A stretch of 40,278 nt of DNA from a virus (taxonomy: Duplodnaviria > Caudoviricetes), in IMG/VR virus record IMGVR_UViG_3300035042_000148, positions 1 to 40,278 of that record, one strand, 5' to 3'. A model generated the notes under the pieces. The model had not been told where the DNA came from. It did no database searches and saw only the letters and a program-made list of their open reading frames with translations. Both the position numbers and the translations under genes were made by a program. Below are positions 17,758-26,607 of the stretch, piece after piece (positions within the stretch are counted from its first letter, which is position 1; each line of letters starts with the position of its first letter).

Positions 17758-18717
17758 TTACTTGAGGTTACTCATCAGATAAAGAGCGCCGGTAAATACA
17801 AACGCCTCGTCGACATTGTGACGGGCCCGGTAAATATTGCTGCGGGTCTGCTCTTCACGATACTGCTCAACAACAAGGTTTTCCGGGCTGTCCTCGATCC
17901 AGAGGAAGGTGCGGCCGATGCATGGCTCCTTGAGGTTGAGCGGTTGCGTCGCGACCCGGGCCACGAATCCCTTGGAATCCGACCAGATACTAGTCGCGGA
18001 AAAGCTCTGACCTTTTTTGGCACCGTCGTACACGGCATTGCCGACCAGAACACGATCAACGCCGAGATACTGGGCGACCAGTTGCTTTTGCACTTCGAAA
18101 ACTTCCATCAATGCCTGGCTGACATATTTCGTCGCCTCCTGGAATTCGGCTGTCAGCAGGATATTGTCGAAGGTGGTTTTCGAGCAGCAGAATGCGTTTG
18201 CATCGAGGCCGGTCGCGTTAAACAGGCTCTGCTTGGCGTCGCGCACGTCGGCGCGCGGGGTGGCGGTAGCGGAAACGTCCCACTTGGTGGAAACGTTGTG
18301 CGTGCCGAAAGTGGCGGTACTGGTCAGCTTGTCCGCGATGCGCTTTTCCTGGTTGCGCAGCAAAACATCGACGGCGCGCATGGTTGCCACCTCTTCGGCA
18401 TCGAAGAAATTGGCGTACATGGCCGCCTCGACATCATCGACCGGTTCTTCCCATCCGAATTCTTTGCAGGAGAAGGTCCCGTCGCCGAATTCATAATCGC
18501 TGCGGCCGTAAGCGCTGCGCGCCGCCCGCTTGGCATCCTGCAGCTTGAGCAGGGCCTCGATGGGGATCACGGGATAATTGGCCGATTGCACCATGGTTTC
18601 AAAAATCGGCATCAAGGCCAGGCCGATAAAACCGCGCTGGCTGGCCTCGAGGGCATATTCGTAAGCCACCGCGCCGAGATCTTGGCGGAGGGTGGCACCG
18701 GACTTGAGTCTGGGCAT
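17758..18717 (-). CDS. Major capsid protein
   Basis: 319 aa following the protease and decoration genes; followed by a hairpin. Confidence 0.85.
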   Translation of the reverse strand: MPRLKSGATLRQDLGAVAYEYALEASQRGFIGLALMPIFETMVQSANYPVIPIEALLKLQDAKRAARSAYGRSDYEFGDGTFSCKEFGWEEPVDDVEAAMYANFFDAEEVATMRAVDVLLRNQEKRIADKLTSTATFGTHNVSTKWDVSATATPRADVRDAKQSLFNATGLDANAFCCSKTTFDNILLTAEFQEATKYVSQALMEVFEVQKQLVAQYLGVDRVLVGNAVYDGAKKGQSFSATSIWSDSKGFVARVATQPLNLKEPCIGRTFLWIEDSPENLVVEQYREEQTRSNIYRARHNVDEAFVFTGALYLMSNLK

Positions 18718-18744
18718 GGATTATCTCCTTTCCATCACCGACCG

Positions 18745-19131
18745 TTAGCTGACGGTCTCGGTGGCGTTGTAGTCGTAGGGGATCACTTCGATAATGTCGC
18801 CGTCGGCCGTCGCGGCCTCCAGGGCCTTGCCGATCTTGCGATAGGTTCCGGCAGCGGCGGGAAGAGCCTGAACCTTGCCATCGGCGGCAGCGAACACATC
18901 GGCATCCGCATCAATGGCCCCGGCGGCGGTCATCTCGAACGTCCCGGCATCGTTGAGCAGCCGCGCGGCGAGCAGATCGCCCTGGGCTGCGGCGGCATAT
19001 TCGGACACCCCGATGGGGTCGTCGGTATCCGTGACGGTGTTATGCACCACCTGCCCGCTCGAGAGTTTGACCAGGCGCTTGGCGGAAACCGCCCCGCCGG
19101 CCTCGAAAGTTTTCTTTCCGTTTTCGGTCAT
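18745..19131 (-). CDS. Capsid decoration / cement protein (DUF2190-like)
   Basis: Ala/Gly-rich 128 aa ending IGKALEAATADGDIIEV. Confidence 0.8.
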   Translation of the reverse strand: MTENGKKTFEAGGAVSAKRLVKLSSGQVVHNTVTDTDDPIGVSEYAAAAQGDLLAARLLNDAGTFEMTAAGAIDADADVFAAADGKVQALPAAAGTYRKIGKALEAATADGDIIEVIPYDYNATETVS

Positions 19132-19164
19132 GGGTAAATCCTCCGTAAAGGGATGGTTTCCTGG

Positions 19165-20592
19165 TTATTTCGCCTGCTGATCCTTATCGAGCCAGGCCTT
19201 GTGCAGATCGGGATACTCCCTGGCCATGGCGCTGACAGCTTTGCCCTTGCCGCAACCGTGCTCTGCGCGATAAGCCTTGACCTTGGCCTCAAAATCTTCC
19301 GTATCCTCCCCCTTGGTTTTGCCCAGGGGCTGCTGGCCGTTCTCGCGCAAGCCTTCAAGGATCTCCTGACGGCTTTCCAGATCGGCTGAAGAGTCGCCCC
19401 CCCCGAAAGAGATGCCCAAAGCGCCGATATCTTCGGCGGTCAGGCCTTTTTCGACCACGGCGGAAAACTTCTTGCCCGGCTCTTCGCCGAACCCGGCGGA
19501 AACCAGGGCAACAATACGCGTGCGCTCATCGGCGACGCTCTGTTTGGCCGCTTCGGCGCTTTCCTCCGCAGCGGACTCGCGGCCTTCATCCAGCACAGCC
19601 TGGTAAAGCTCGGGATGCTTGGCCTTCAATTCTTCTTTGTTCATGGCGTGCTCCTCAGTTGAAGGTTTCGCCCCGGCATCACCGGCCGCGGCTTTCTGTT
19701 TTTGCGTGCGCCGGTCGGGCTGTGTGCCCGAGGCCAGCTGATCTATGAGTTCATCGAGAGTGGCAACACCGTCCACCAGCCCGACGCTTATGGCCTGCGA
19801 ACCGAGAAAAACCCGCCCGTCGGCCCATTGCTTGTGATCCTCGACACTCAGCCCGCGATGCTCTCCGGCAAAGTCGGTAAAGGCGGTGTAGATATGGTCG
19901 AGCTGCGCCTTGATATAAGAGCGGCCTTCTTTGGTCAGAGGCGAATAAGACGAAACGACCCGTTTAAAATCCCCTGCCGTGATTTCGGTAATGCGCTCTC
20001 CATACATCTCCATCCGCTTTGACACGTCGACATGAGCAGCGACAACGCCGATGGAACCGATGGGGTTGGTATCGCTGGAGATATAGATCTCGTCGCAGGG
20101 CGCGGCCATCCAGTAACCTGCCGAGCAGATCATGCCGTCGGTGAAGCCGATCACGGGCTTGTTGCCGCGAAACTTGGCCAGCAGTTCGGCGGCCTCCGCC
20201 GTGCCGTCAACCGTGCCGCCCGGCGTGTCGAAATACGGGATGATGCCGACAATGCCGGGGTCGTTCTGCGCAGCGGCAAAATCCCGCATGAAGATCTGGC
20301 TGGAGCAGCCCCCGCAGATCTCCATGAACCAGGTCATGCGCTTGGCGATGACATCGTGCACGGGGATGACGGCCACGTTGTCGATCACCATGTAGGTGCC
20401 CCGGCCTTCGACGCGACGACCTTCGGAGGCCGCCACGATCGCGGCGACGGCTAGAGGATCGCGTTTTTCGATGCCGAGATCCTTGATATTGATCTTGTCG
20501 CCTTTGAGATGGCGCTTGTAAATGTCCTGGATCTCCCGATGGGTTTCCGACAGGATTGCCCAGGGACCATTGACGATGTCGATAAGACGCAT
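19165..20592 (-). CDS. Prohead protease (S49, lambda gpC-like) with C-terminal scaffold region
   Basis: DTPGG, CSAGYW and IGSIGV motifs; possible internal start MNKEELKAKHPEL with GAGGAG RBS. Confidence 0.9.
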   Translation of the reverse strand: MRLIDIVNGPWAILSETHREIQDIYKRHLKGDKINIKDLGIEKRDPLAVAAIVAASEGRRVEGRGTYMVIDNVAVIPVHDVIAKRMTWFMEICGGCSSQIFMRDFAAAQNDPGIVGIIPYFDTPGGTVDGTAEAAELLAKFRGNKPVIGFTDGMICSAGYWMAAPCDEIYISSDTNPIGSIGVVAAHVDVSKRMEMYGERITEITAGDFKRVVSSYSPLTKEGRSYIKAQLDHIYTAFTDFAGEHRGLSVEDHKQWADGRVFLGSQAISVGLVDGVATLDELIDQLASGTQPDRRTQKQKAAAGDAGAKPSTEEHAMNKEELKAKHPELYQAVLDEGRESAAEESAEAAKQSVADERTRIVALVSAGFGEEPGKKFSAVVEKGLTAEDIGALGISFGGGDSSADLESRQEILEGLRENGQQPLGKTKGEDTEDFEAKVKAYRAEHGCGKGKAVSAMAREYPDLHKAWLDKDQQAK

Positions 20593-20602
20593 AACTTCCC
20601 CT

Positions 20603-22189
20603 TTATTGCTCAGGCTGACTGGCCAGCTTCGCCAGGTCGAACCCGGGCAGATCGGCCATGGTCAGTCCGAGTTCTTTCATCAACTCGCGCTCCTTGGCTA
20701 TCTGCCGCAGCTCCTCTTCGTAATCCTTGCCCTGTTCGGCATACCAGTCGGCCATGGTCATCATGTTGGAGACGAGAGCCTCCTTGCCGGAGGCGATCTC
20801 CTTGACCGGATCGATATGGCCGCGCTTGGGCGGGGTCCAGGTGGCGTTTGTCCACAGCGCTTTGGCGCGATAGAAATCGGGCGCGCCGGCAGGCAGATGG
20901 ATACGTCCGCGCAACCAGGCCTCTTCGAAAACCATCTCCCACACCGGCTGACAAAAATGATTGACCAGCCAGTTCTGATAAAACTGAATCAGCCGCCAGG
21001 CCTCCAGCAGCGCGGCCCGTGCGGAGGAGTAATTCGTCTTGCTGAAATCCTTCGACACCACTTCATAGGGCAAACCGCATGCGGCCCCCATGGCGCGCAG
21101 CAGCGTCTCGACAAACACCGGGAAGCTGTTGCCGGGACGATTGTTGTTGCCGAGGATGTGGGGCTTTTGATTGAGCGAACCGTAAAGGACCTGACCCGGA
21201 TGGTATTCCTTGACCTTCTGAGTTCCCCCGGATGCCGTGGGAGTATCGGTCGTCTCTCCGGTATACTCCCCCGGTTCTTCCCCGTCAGGTGTCTCGATAA
21301 AAACCGGGAATGACGCGGCCAAGATGGCCCCAATCACTTCGAAATCCATGTAATCGTCATAATCACGGAAGAGCTTGATCACCGGAGCCAGCGCAGAAAC
21401 TCCGCGCACCTGCTCGGCATCTTTGCGATGGAACCCGTGGAAGATGCCACGGCGGTGTCCCCTCCACGCGGGGATCTCCCGAAAATGCTGGCTGGTCAGG
21501 GTGGTGGTGAGATGGCCGTCGTCCGGATCGGCGACATAGTAACGAAGCCGCTCGCTATGCGGGCCGAGACGAATGCCGTCGCGGATATCCTTATCGCTGA
21601 AAAGATTATGAGGAGTGCGCAGGCGGCGCGGATCGAGCACCTGGATGGCGAGATCGAAGGTTCGGCCAGGGCCGGAGACATTGACGGGCAGATTGAGATA
21701 CTCGCCGCCACCTATCATGTTGCGGATGGTTAGATACTGAATATCGGAAAAATGATCTTCACCCTCGGCATCCGCCTGGCGGGACCATTCCCAAAAACAC
21801 CACTCCACCTGCTCGGCGATTTCGGCGGCGGCCTCTTCGCTAATGCCAAGCCGCTTGAAGGCCGGCTTGCTCTGCGGGAGAAGACCCGGCCCGCCGACCG
21901 TAGACATGGCGGTTGAATCAACAATGCTTGTTGCGTGGGGATTGTTGGCGATCAGATCGGCGGAGCGATCGGAGATGGTGAGACGTTCGCGCTCTTCGGA
22001 GTAGCGGTTGAGCCGCCGGACAAACCAGTTACCGAGGCTGCCCTTGCGGCCCGCTCCGGTACGGGATACCCCGCCCGCCATAAAGCCAAGAGCCGTGCGG
22101 GCCTTGGCCCGACGCAAGGCGCGGCCAGGGGAAAAATAGCCGATGGCGCGATCCAGCGCATTCATCTGCAGGAGAGCCTTGCGCTTCAT
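20603..22189 (-). CDS. Portal protein, lambda family
   Basis: QVRGVSALAP, DFSKTNYSSARAALLE and HIDPVKE motifs. Confidence 0.93.
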   Translation of the reverse strand: MKRKALLQMNALDRAIGYFSPGRALRRAKARTALGFMAGGVSRTGAGRKGSLGNWFVRRLNRYSEERERLTISDRSADLIANNPHATSIVDSTAMSTVGGPGLLPQSKPAFKRLGISEEAAAEIAEQVEWCFWEWSRQADAEGEDHFSDIQYLTIRNMIGGGEYLNLPVNVSGPGRTFDLAIQVLDPRRLRTPHNLFSDKDIRDGIRLGPHSERLRYYVADPDDGHLTTTLTSQHFREIPAWRGHRRGIFHGFHRKDAEQVRGVSALAPVIKLFRDYDDYMDFEVIGAILAASFPVFIETPDGEEPGEYTGETTDTPTASGGTQKVKEYHPGQVLYGSLNQKPHILGNNNRPGNSFPVFVETLLRAMGAACGLPYEVVSKDFSKTNYSSARAALLEAWRLIQFYQNWLVNHFCQPVWEMVFEEAWLRGRIHLPAGAPDFYRAKALWTNATWTPPKRGHIDPVKEIASGKEALVSNMMTMADWYAEQGKDYEEELRQIAKERELMKELGLTMADLPGFDLAKLASQPEQ

Positions 22190-22422
22190 CGGGCAGGCCT
22201 CCCGATGACGGTAACCGAAGCGCGGCGACCGAGCAAGCGGGCTTTTTCCTTGCCGAGCCAGTCGAGCGTGCGGCGGATCTCCGGCAGGTCGGCGCTTGTC
22301 CAGGTGCGATCGGAGCCGCCCGGCGTGGACATGCGCACACTTTGACCGCCGGCACAAGCCTTGAGGGCCAGTTTATATTCGGCGATCTGCTCTTCGATCT
22401 CTGTGAGGGTAAATACAGACAT
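22186..22422 (-). CDS. Head completion protein (gpW-like)
   Basis: 78 aa just upstream of portal; GQSV...RTWTSADLPEI motif. Confidence 0.75.
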   Translation of the reverse strand: MSVFTLTEIEEQIAEYKLALKACAGGQSVRMSTPGGSDRTWTSADLPEIRRTLDWLGKEKARLLGRRASVTVIGRPAR

Positions 22423-22461
22423 GCCGCGATGATTTCAAAAATATCGCGGCATGTCATTTAC

Positions 22462-22488
22462 GTGGTGGACGAGGTTGACGTGGTTGAC
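22462..22488. promoter_or_regulatory. Three tandem 9-mers upstream of the head operon
   Basis: GTGGTGGAC GAGGTTGAC GTGGTTGAC in an intergenic gap. Confidence 0.5.
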
Positions 22489-22521
22489 AAAATATTTAGA
22501 ACAATCGCATTTTTTCTAAAT

Positions 22522-22755
22522 CTATGCCCCATCATCGGTCTGCCGACGCTTGTAATCCTCTATCGAATCGATATAGAGCCGCAGCCCCCTCCCGTTGCCG
22601 ACAAAGTACCCCTTAATATCTGTACGATGATAAAGGTTGTAGATATGTTGCCGCGAGGGAGGATGCTCAGGGCAAAGATGATAACGGGCTTGCTCGACAT
22701 TGCATGTCGGGCGGCGGTCACCCTGGGCATAGGGTATCGGAGTACGGTATGGCAT
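22522..22755 (-). CDS. Small winged-HTH (excisionase-like) DNA-binding protein
   Basis: SRQHIYNL...GRGLRLYIDSIEDY; RBS GGAGGAG. Confidence 0.65.
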   Translation of the reverse strand: MPYRTPIPYAQGDRRPTCNVEQARYHLCPEHPPSRQHIYNLYHRTDIKGYFVGNGRGLRLYIDSIEDYKRRQTDDGA

Positions 22756-22756
22756 A

Positions 22757-24745
22757 TCATCTCCTCCTGTTGAACCATCCGGGACGATTGCGTCCGGAAG
22801 GTTGAGCACTGAAACGGTCATTGTTATCCGATGCCGGCTGAGCCTGGGGCGTTTCTATTTTGGGCTTTTCCTCTTCCTTGCCCCGCGCTTGCATGGCCAG
22901 GGCCTCCGCCAGCTTGGCATAGTTCGGGTTGAGGATCTGCCGAACGGCCATGTTGCCGACACGCACGTCCAGGGCCTCATTGCGCTGAAATCCGTCACGC
23001 AGAACCCAGACGGTTTCCAGTTTGCCGGTTTTGCGGTTCTTTGCCTTTTTGGGGCGCTCGGCGCAGAGCATGCGGAAATACTCGAAGTCGTATCCCATAT
23101 GCCAGTGGCAGCAGCGAGGGCCCGACTCGGTCGCCGTCAACCAGGACATCAGCAGATCCTTGCCGGTATCGACACCAAGCTCATAAAACGGCACCTTGTA
23201 TTTTCGGCTCTTGCTGGGCTTGCGAGGCACCAGCGGCAGCCCCCTGAGGTTGCTGCCCTTGTGCGCGATATACCTGCGGGACCGTCGGACGAATTTTGCC
23301 ACCATGTCGGCACGATAGCCGAGGTCAACCCCGAGGCGAACGATGGATAGCTCTGCGCCGGACTCATGGATATATACGGTCTCCTGCGCCCAGTCGTGCA
23401 GCTGGTCCCATACTTCGTCCTTGCTCGTGTCGCCATGAAAGACGCGATACTCGATGCTCCAACTCTGGTGCCCTTCGCCCCAAGCGACAGCCTCGACCTC
23501 GATGCGGTTGAGCTGCACGTCCGCATCGGCCGTAATCACCACAGCTGCCAAGGGCACCTTCCAGCTTGCGCCTATCGGCCAGTAATCCCGTCGACGTTCG
23601 TAAAGCTCTTTTTCTCCGGTCAGCTCGCCTTCGGTGTCTTCCGGAACCGGCAGGCCGAGGCAATCGTTATAGTAATACTGCAGATTGGCGTCCGACGGCT
23701 CGACCAGCGTCATCACATAAGCCTGGGCGATCTTGTGGAACGGCACGAACCGCGAGATCAGCGGCGGGATGTGCGCCCACACGCGTGAGGCGCGATCGAT
23801 AGGAACGCCTCCAGGCCGGGGCCGCCAACCGTGCCATACCTGCGGCGGATCGTGTAGGGCAGCCGCCTGCCGCACGGCTTCGTTCCGGTCTTCTTCGTCC
23901 CACTTAGCTTGACAGTGTGGGCACTCGTACCAGGCGCTGCCCTTGTCGGCCAACTGAGCAGGATCGATCACGCCATCGGGCCAGCGGACGTGCGCGGCAT
24001 CCATGATATGGGCCTCGCCGCAAGAAGGGCATACCGGCCAGAAATCGATAAGGACCTGGGCGAGCTTCTGAGCCGCCCAGATCCGTCCCTCCTCGACCGA
24101 TGCCGTACATGCCTCGATGATCTTGTAGCTGTCCTCAAATGCCCTGAGGCGCGCACGGGCCTTGCGAATTGCGGACTCAGGCCACAGATCCACTTCATCG
24201 AAAAAGCCATATCGGATCGGCTTGGAGGCCAGACGCCCCTCGGACTGCGCCCAGCCGAGATAGGTGATCATGCCGTTACGCAGCCGAATGCGCTTTTTGC
24301 TGATATCGTCGGGGTTCCCCGTCTTGATCCGGCGCAGCGACGGGGTGTTGTCGATCATCGGTATCAGGCGATCGTCGAGCGTCTCGGTACCGGTATCGCG
24401 GTCCTGCATGACGATCAGCGAGGGGCCGGGATCGTGAACAGCGTTACCCCCCCAGCAGGTATGCATGAAGTCGGATTTCGCCGACTGGCTGCCGCCAGGC
24501 AAAAACAGTTCGCGCAAATGTTCCTGGCAATAAAGATCGAGCAACCCCTTGAGATAGGGTGTCACATCGCCGTCATACGGGCCTGGCATGGAGCTGACCG
24601 CAATATAGCGCTCCCCCTGGGCCCACTGGCTGAAGGTCTCATCCTCCTGAGCACGGAAGACCTGCTTTTCCCCCTGCAGCAGCTTGAACTTGCGCGGCGG
24701 CGGGGATGGAAGCCAGTCGTATGTTTCGGCGAGGCTTGTCGTCAT
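22757..24745 (-). CDS. terL: Terminase large subunit, lambda gpA family
   Basis: TPYL, GGSQSAKS (Walker A variant), FFDEVD, CPSC/CPHC, ADVQLNRIE and RNEALD motifs; ATG overlaps the intI stop (ATGA). Confidence 0.93.
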   Translation of the reverse strand: MTTSLAETYDWLPSPPPRKFKLLQGEKQVFRAQEDETFSQWAQGERYIAVSSMPGPYDGDVTPYLKGLLDLYCQEHLRELFLPGGSQSAKSDFMHTCWGGNAVHDPGPSLIVMQDRDTGTETLDDRLIPMIDNTPSLRRIKTGNPDDISKKRIRLRNGMITYLGWAQSEGRLASKPIRYGFFDEVDLWPESAIRKARARLRAFEDSYKIIEACTASVEEGRIWAAQKLAQVLIDFWPVCPSCGEAHIMDAAHVRWPDGVIDPAQLADKGSAWYECPHCQAKWDEEDRNEAVRQAAALHDPPQVWHGWRPRPGGVPIDRASRVWAHIPPLISRFVPFHKIAQAYVMTLVEPSDANLQYYYNDCLGLPVPEDTEGELTGEKELYERRRDYWPIGASWKVPLAAVVITADADVQLNRIEVEAVAWGEGHQSWSIEYRVFHGDTSKDEVWDQLHDWAQETVYIHESGAELSIVRLGVDLGYRADMVAKFVRRSRRYIAHKGSNLRGLPLVPRKPSKSRKYKVPFYELGVDTGKDLLMSWLTATESGPRCCHWHMGYDFEYFRMLCAERPKKAKNRKTGKLETVWVLRDGFQRNEALDVRVGNMAVRQILNPNYAKLAEALAMQARGKEEEKPKIETPQAQPASDNNDRFSAQPSGRNRPGWFNRRR

Positions 24746-25752
24746 AAAAGGCGATCCAGAGGACTGCAAACGGCATTCGGTTGTTGCATGACATGGGTAT
24801 AGACCATGGTGGTTTCAAGCTTCTTGTGACCGAGGAGGGATTGCACTGTTCGAATATTTTCCCCGCCCTCAAGCAAATGAGTCGCAAAGCTGTGACGAAA
24901 GGCGTGCGGCGTGACGTGTTTGACAATTCCGGCCTTGCGGGTGGCCACTGCGACCGCCTTTTGCACCGCCGTTTCGTGTAAATGGTGGCGGCCCTGTTCT
25001 CCTGTCCGTCTGTTTACCCAACTGGACGTTGCCGGAAAAACATACTGCCAGCCCCATTCGAATGGAGCCCTTGGATATTTGCGGGGCAGGGCTCCGGGCA
25101 AAGGGGCCGCGCCAAAACCGTCCCGAAGATCCCGCTCGTGAATTTCTTTGACCTTCTGCAGGTGCCTTTTGAGACGGTCCACAATCATACATGGCAAGGG
25201 AACGACTCGGTCTTTATTACCCTTGCCCTCGCGAACGACAATCTGCATCTGTCCGAAGTCGACATCCTGAACGCGGAGTTGCAAAGCCTCGACCTTATGT
25301 CGCAAACCGGCACCGTACATGATGGCGCAGATCAGCCAGTAATCACCGCGAAGGTAATCCAGCACGGAAACAACCTCATCTCTGGTCATGACCACAGGCA
25401 AACGTTTGGCGCGTTTAGCCCGAAGAGCATCGATCTTGCCAAGGTTAATGCCAAGCACTTCCTGGTACAAAAACTTCAGAGCATTAAAGGCAACGCTTTG
25501 AGTTGACGCCGACACTCTCTTTTTAACCGCCAGGAAGGTTAGATACTGTTCGATCTCGTTTTCCGCCATATCTTGAGGATGCCGCTTTCCATGAAAAAGG
25601 ATGAATTCACGGCAGTAATTGCAATAGGCGCTAGCGGTAACATCGCTGCGGCGCAAAACCCGGCATTTTTCACGGAGGCGGTCCAACAATTTCGGCGGCT
25701 TTTGCGGACTGCGTTGGATGGGATAGGCGTTTGTTTTTACAGAATTTTCCAT
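24742..25752 (-). CDS. intI: Integron integrase (IntI-type tyrosine recombinase)
   Basis: N-terminal domain (FHGKRHP...VSASTQ); catalytic GLR, GKGNKDR, HAFRH, LGH and YTH; IntI-specific insertion LPGALPRKYPRAPFEWGWQYVFPA...RHH; C-terminal SPLD; RBS AAGGAGG. Confidence 0.92.
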   Translation of the reverse strand: MENSVKTNAYPIQRSPQKPPKLLDRLREKCRVLRRSDVTASAYCNYCREFILFHGKRHPQDMAENEIEQYLTFLAVKKRVSASTQSVAFNALKFLYQEVLGINLGKIDALRAKRAKRLPVVMTRDEVVSVLDYLRGDYWLICAIMYGAGLRHKVEALQLRVQDVDFGQMQIVVREGKGNKDRVVPLPCMIVDRLKRHLQKVKEIHERDLRDGFGAAPLPGALPRKYPRAPFEWGWQYVFPATSSWVNRRTGEQGRHHLHETAVQKAVAVATRKAGIVKHVTPHAFRHSFATHLLEGGENIRTVQSLLGHKKLETTMVYTHVMQQPNAVCSPLDRLL

Positions 25753-25779
25753 AAAAACCTCCTTCCTGCTAAGATGCCG

Positions 25780-25805
25780 GTTTGGGTGGTTAACAGTCGT
25801 TGTTT
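25780..25805 (+). other. Candidate attI site (crossover G|TTGTTT at 25799/25800)
   Basis: GGTGGTTAACAGTC-GTTGTTT just upstream of intI; GTTGTTTTGC is the exact complement of GCAAAACAAC at the cassette's attC. Confidence 0.65.
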
Positions 25806-25807
25806 TG

Positions 25808-25933
25808 CTATTCGTTCTCGCAACTTTCGCAGACACACTCAGGGCAGAGAACAGCCCCGCATTTTTCACATTCATGAGCATCTTCTTCCGGGAAATCGCA
25901 GCCACAATTTTCACACAATGTCGTTATGTCCAT
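25808..25933 (-). CDS. 41-aa Cys-rich acidic microprotein (cassette 1; absent from the ORF track)
   Basis: MDITTLCENCGCDFPEEDAHECEKCGAVLCPECVCESCENE*, four CxxC; RBS GGAG; fills the attI-attC interval. Confidence 0.7.
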   Translation of the reverse strand: MDITTLCENCGCDFPEEDAHECEKCGAVLCPECVCESCENE

Positions 25934-25958
25934 TTTCGTCTCCGTAGGATGCAGCGCA

Positions 25959-26016
25959 AAACAACCAGTCAATCAACACGGACTCGTAAACTCGCCGGTT
26001 ATCGGCATCGTTAAAC
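25959..26016 (+). other. attC site (58 bp)
   Basis: R'' AAACAAC, L'' CAATCAAC, ACGG...CCG, L' GTTATCG, R' GTTAAAC (GTTRRRY); the bottom strand folds with extrahelical G and T. Confidence 0.85.
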
Positions 26017-26571
26017 AACAAACACCCCTCGACGATGCAGCTCATATACAATCAGAGCTTCATGCAGAGCGTCATCGGCACCACGGTGCAATTCAACATA
26101 TTCTTCATCCGGGAAAAGCTCAGACCATGCTTCCTCGACTTTTGGCCATTTGTATGAACCGTAGCGCAGAGGGTAAAGCTTGCAGATTGGAGTGGCCAGC
26201 AGCATGGGGCAAGGGAGCTTTTTACCAAACCGGACACCCCGACTTTCCAAAAAACCAAAATCGAACGACCGATTATAGGCAGTCGCACCCAAAGGATGCT
26301 TATCAATGATCTCCTGAATATCTGGGAGCAAATCATGAAGCATCGGCCCCTGCCGCACCTCTTCAGCCGTGAGAGTTGAGTTACGGAATATCCAGCCCAT
26401 TGGGGCCTCAAAATGTTGATCATTTAAGGTGGTCTCCTGGCAGACCGTGTTAAAAACCGTATCGACATTTCCAGTGCTGAGGTCGAGAGACACAATACCT
26501 ACCTCGACAATACTTCCACCTTCTTTTTGAAACCCTGTAGTCTCTATGTCTATGACTAAAATTTTCTCCAT
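26011..26571 (-). CDS. DEDDh 3'-5' exonuclease (DnaQ-like), cassette 2
   Basis: VIDIETTG, AYNRSFDFGFL and HRGADDA motifs; stop codon lies inside R' of attC; visibly more AT-rich than the phage backbone. Confidence 0.9.
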   Translation of the reverse strand: MEKILVIDIETTGFQKEGGSIVEVGIVSLDLSTGNVDTVFNTVCQETTLNDQHFEAPMGWIFRNSTLTAEEVRQGPMLHDLLPDIQEIIDKHPLGATAYNRSFDFGFLESRGVRFGKKLPCPMLLATPICKLYPLRYGSYKWPKVEEAWSELFPDEEYVELHRGADDALHEALIVYELHRRGVFVV

Positions 26572-26607
26572 TCCATCATCCTCCGAATCCCTGCTGGTCG
26601 GTAACTG

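Noticed and set aside
17407-19137. 576-aa plus-strand ORF
   Set aside because: Antisense shadow of the capsid, decoration and joining genes in GC-rich DNA; no recognisable motifs.
25753-25914. N-terminal extension of IntI in the 390-aa ORF call
   Set aside because: It overlaps attI and cassette 1; a strong AAGGAGG RBS supports the start at 25752.
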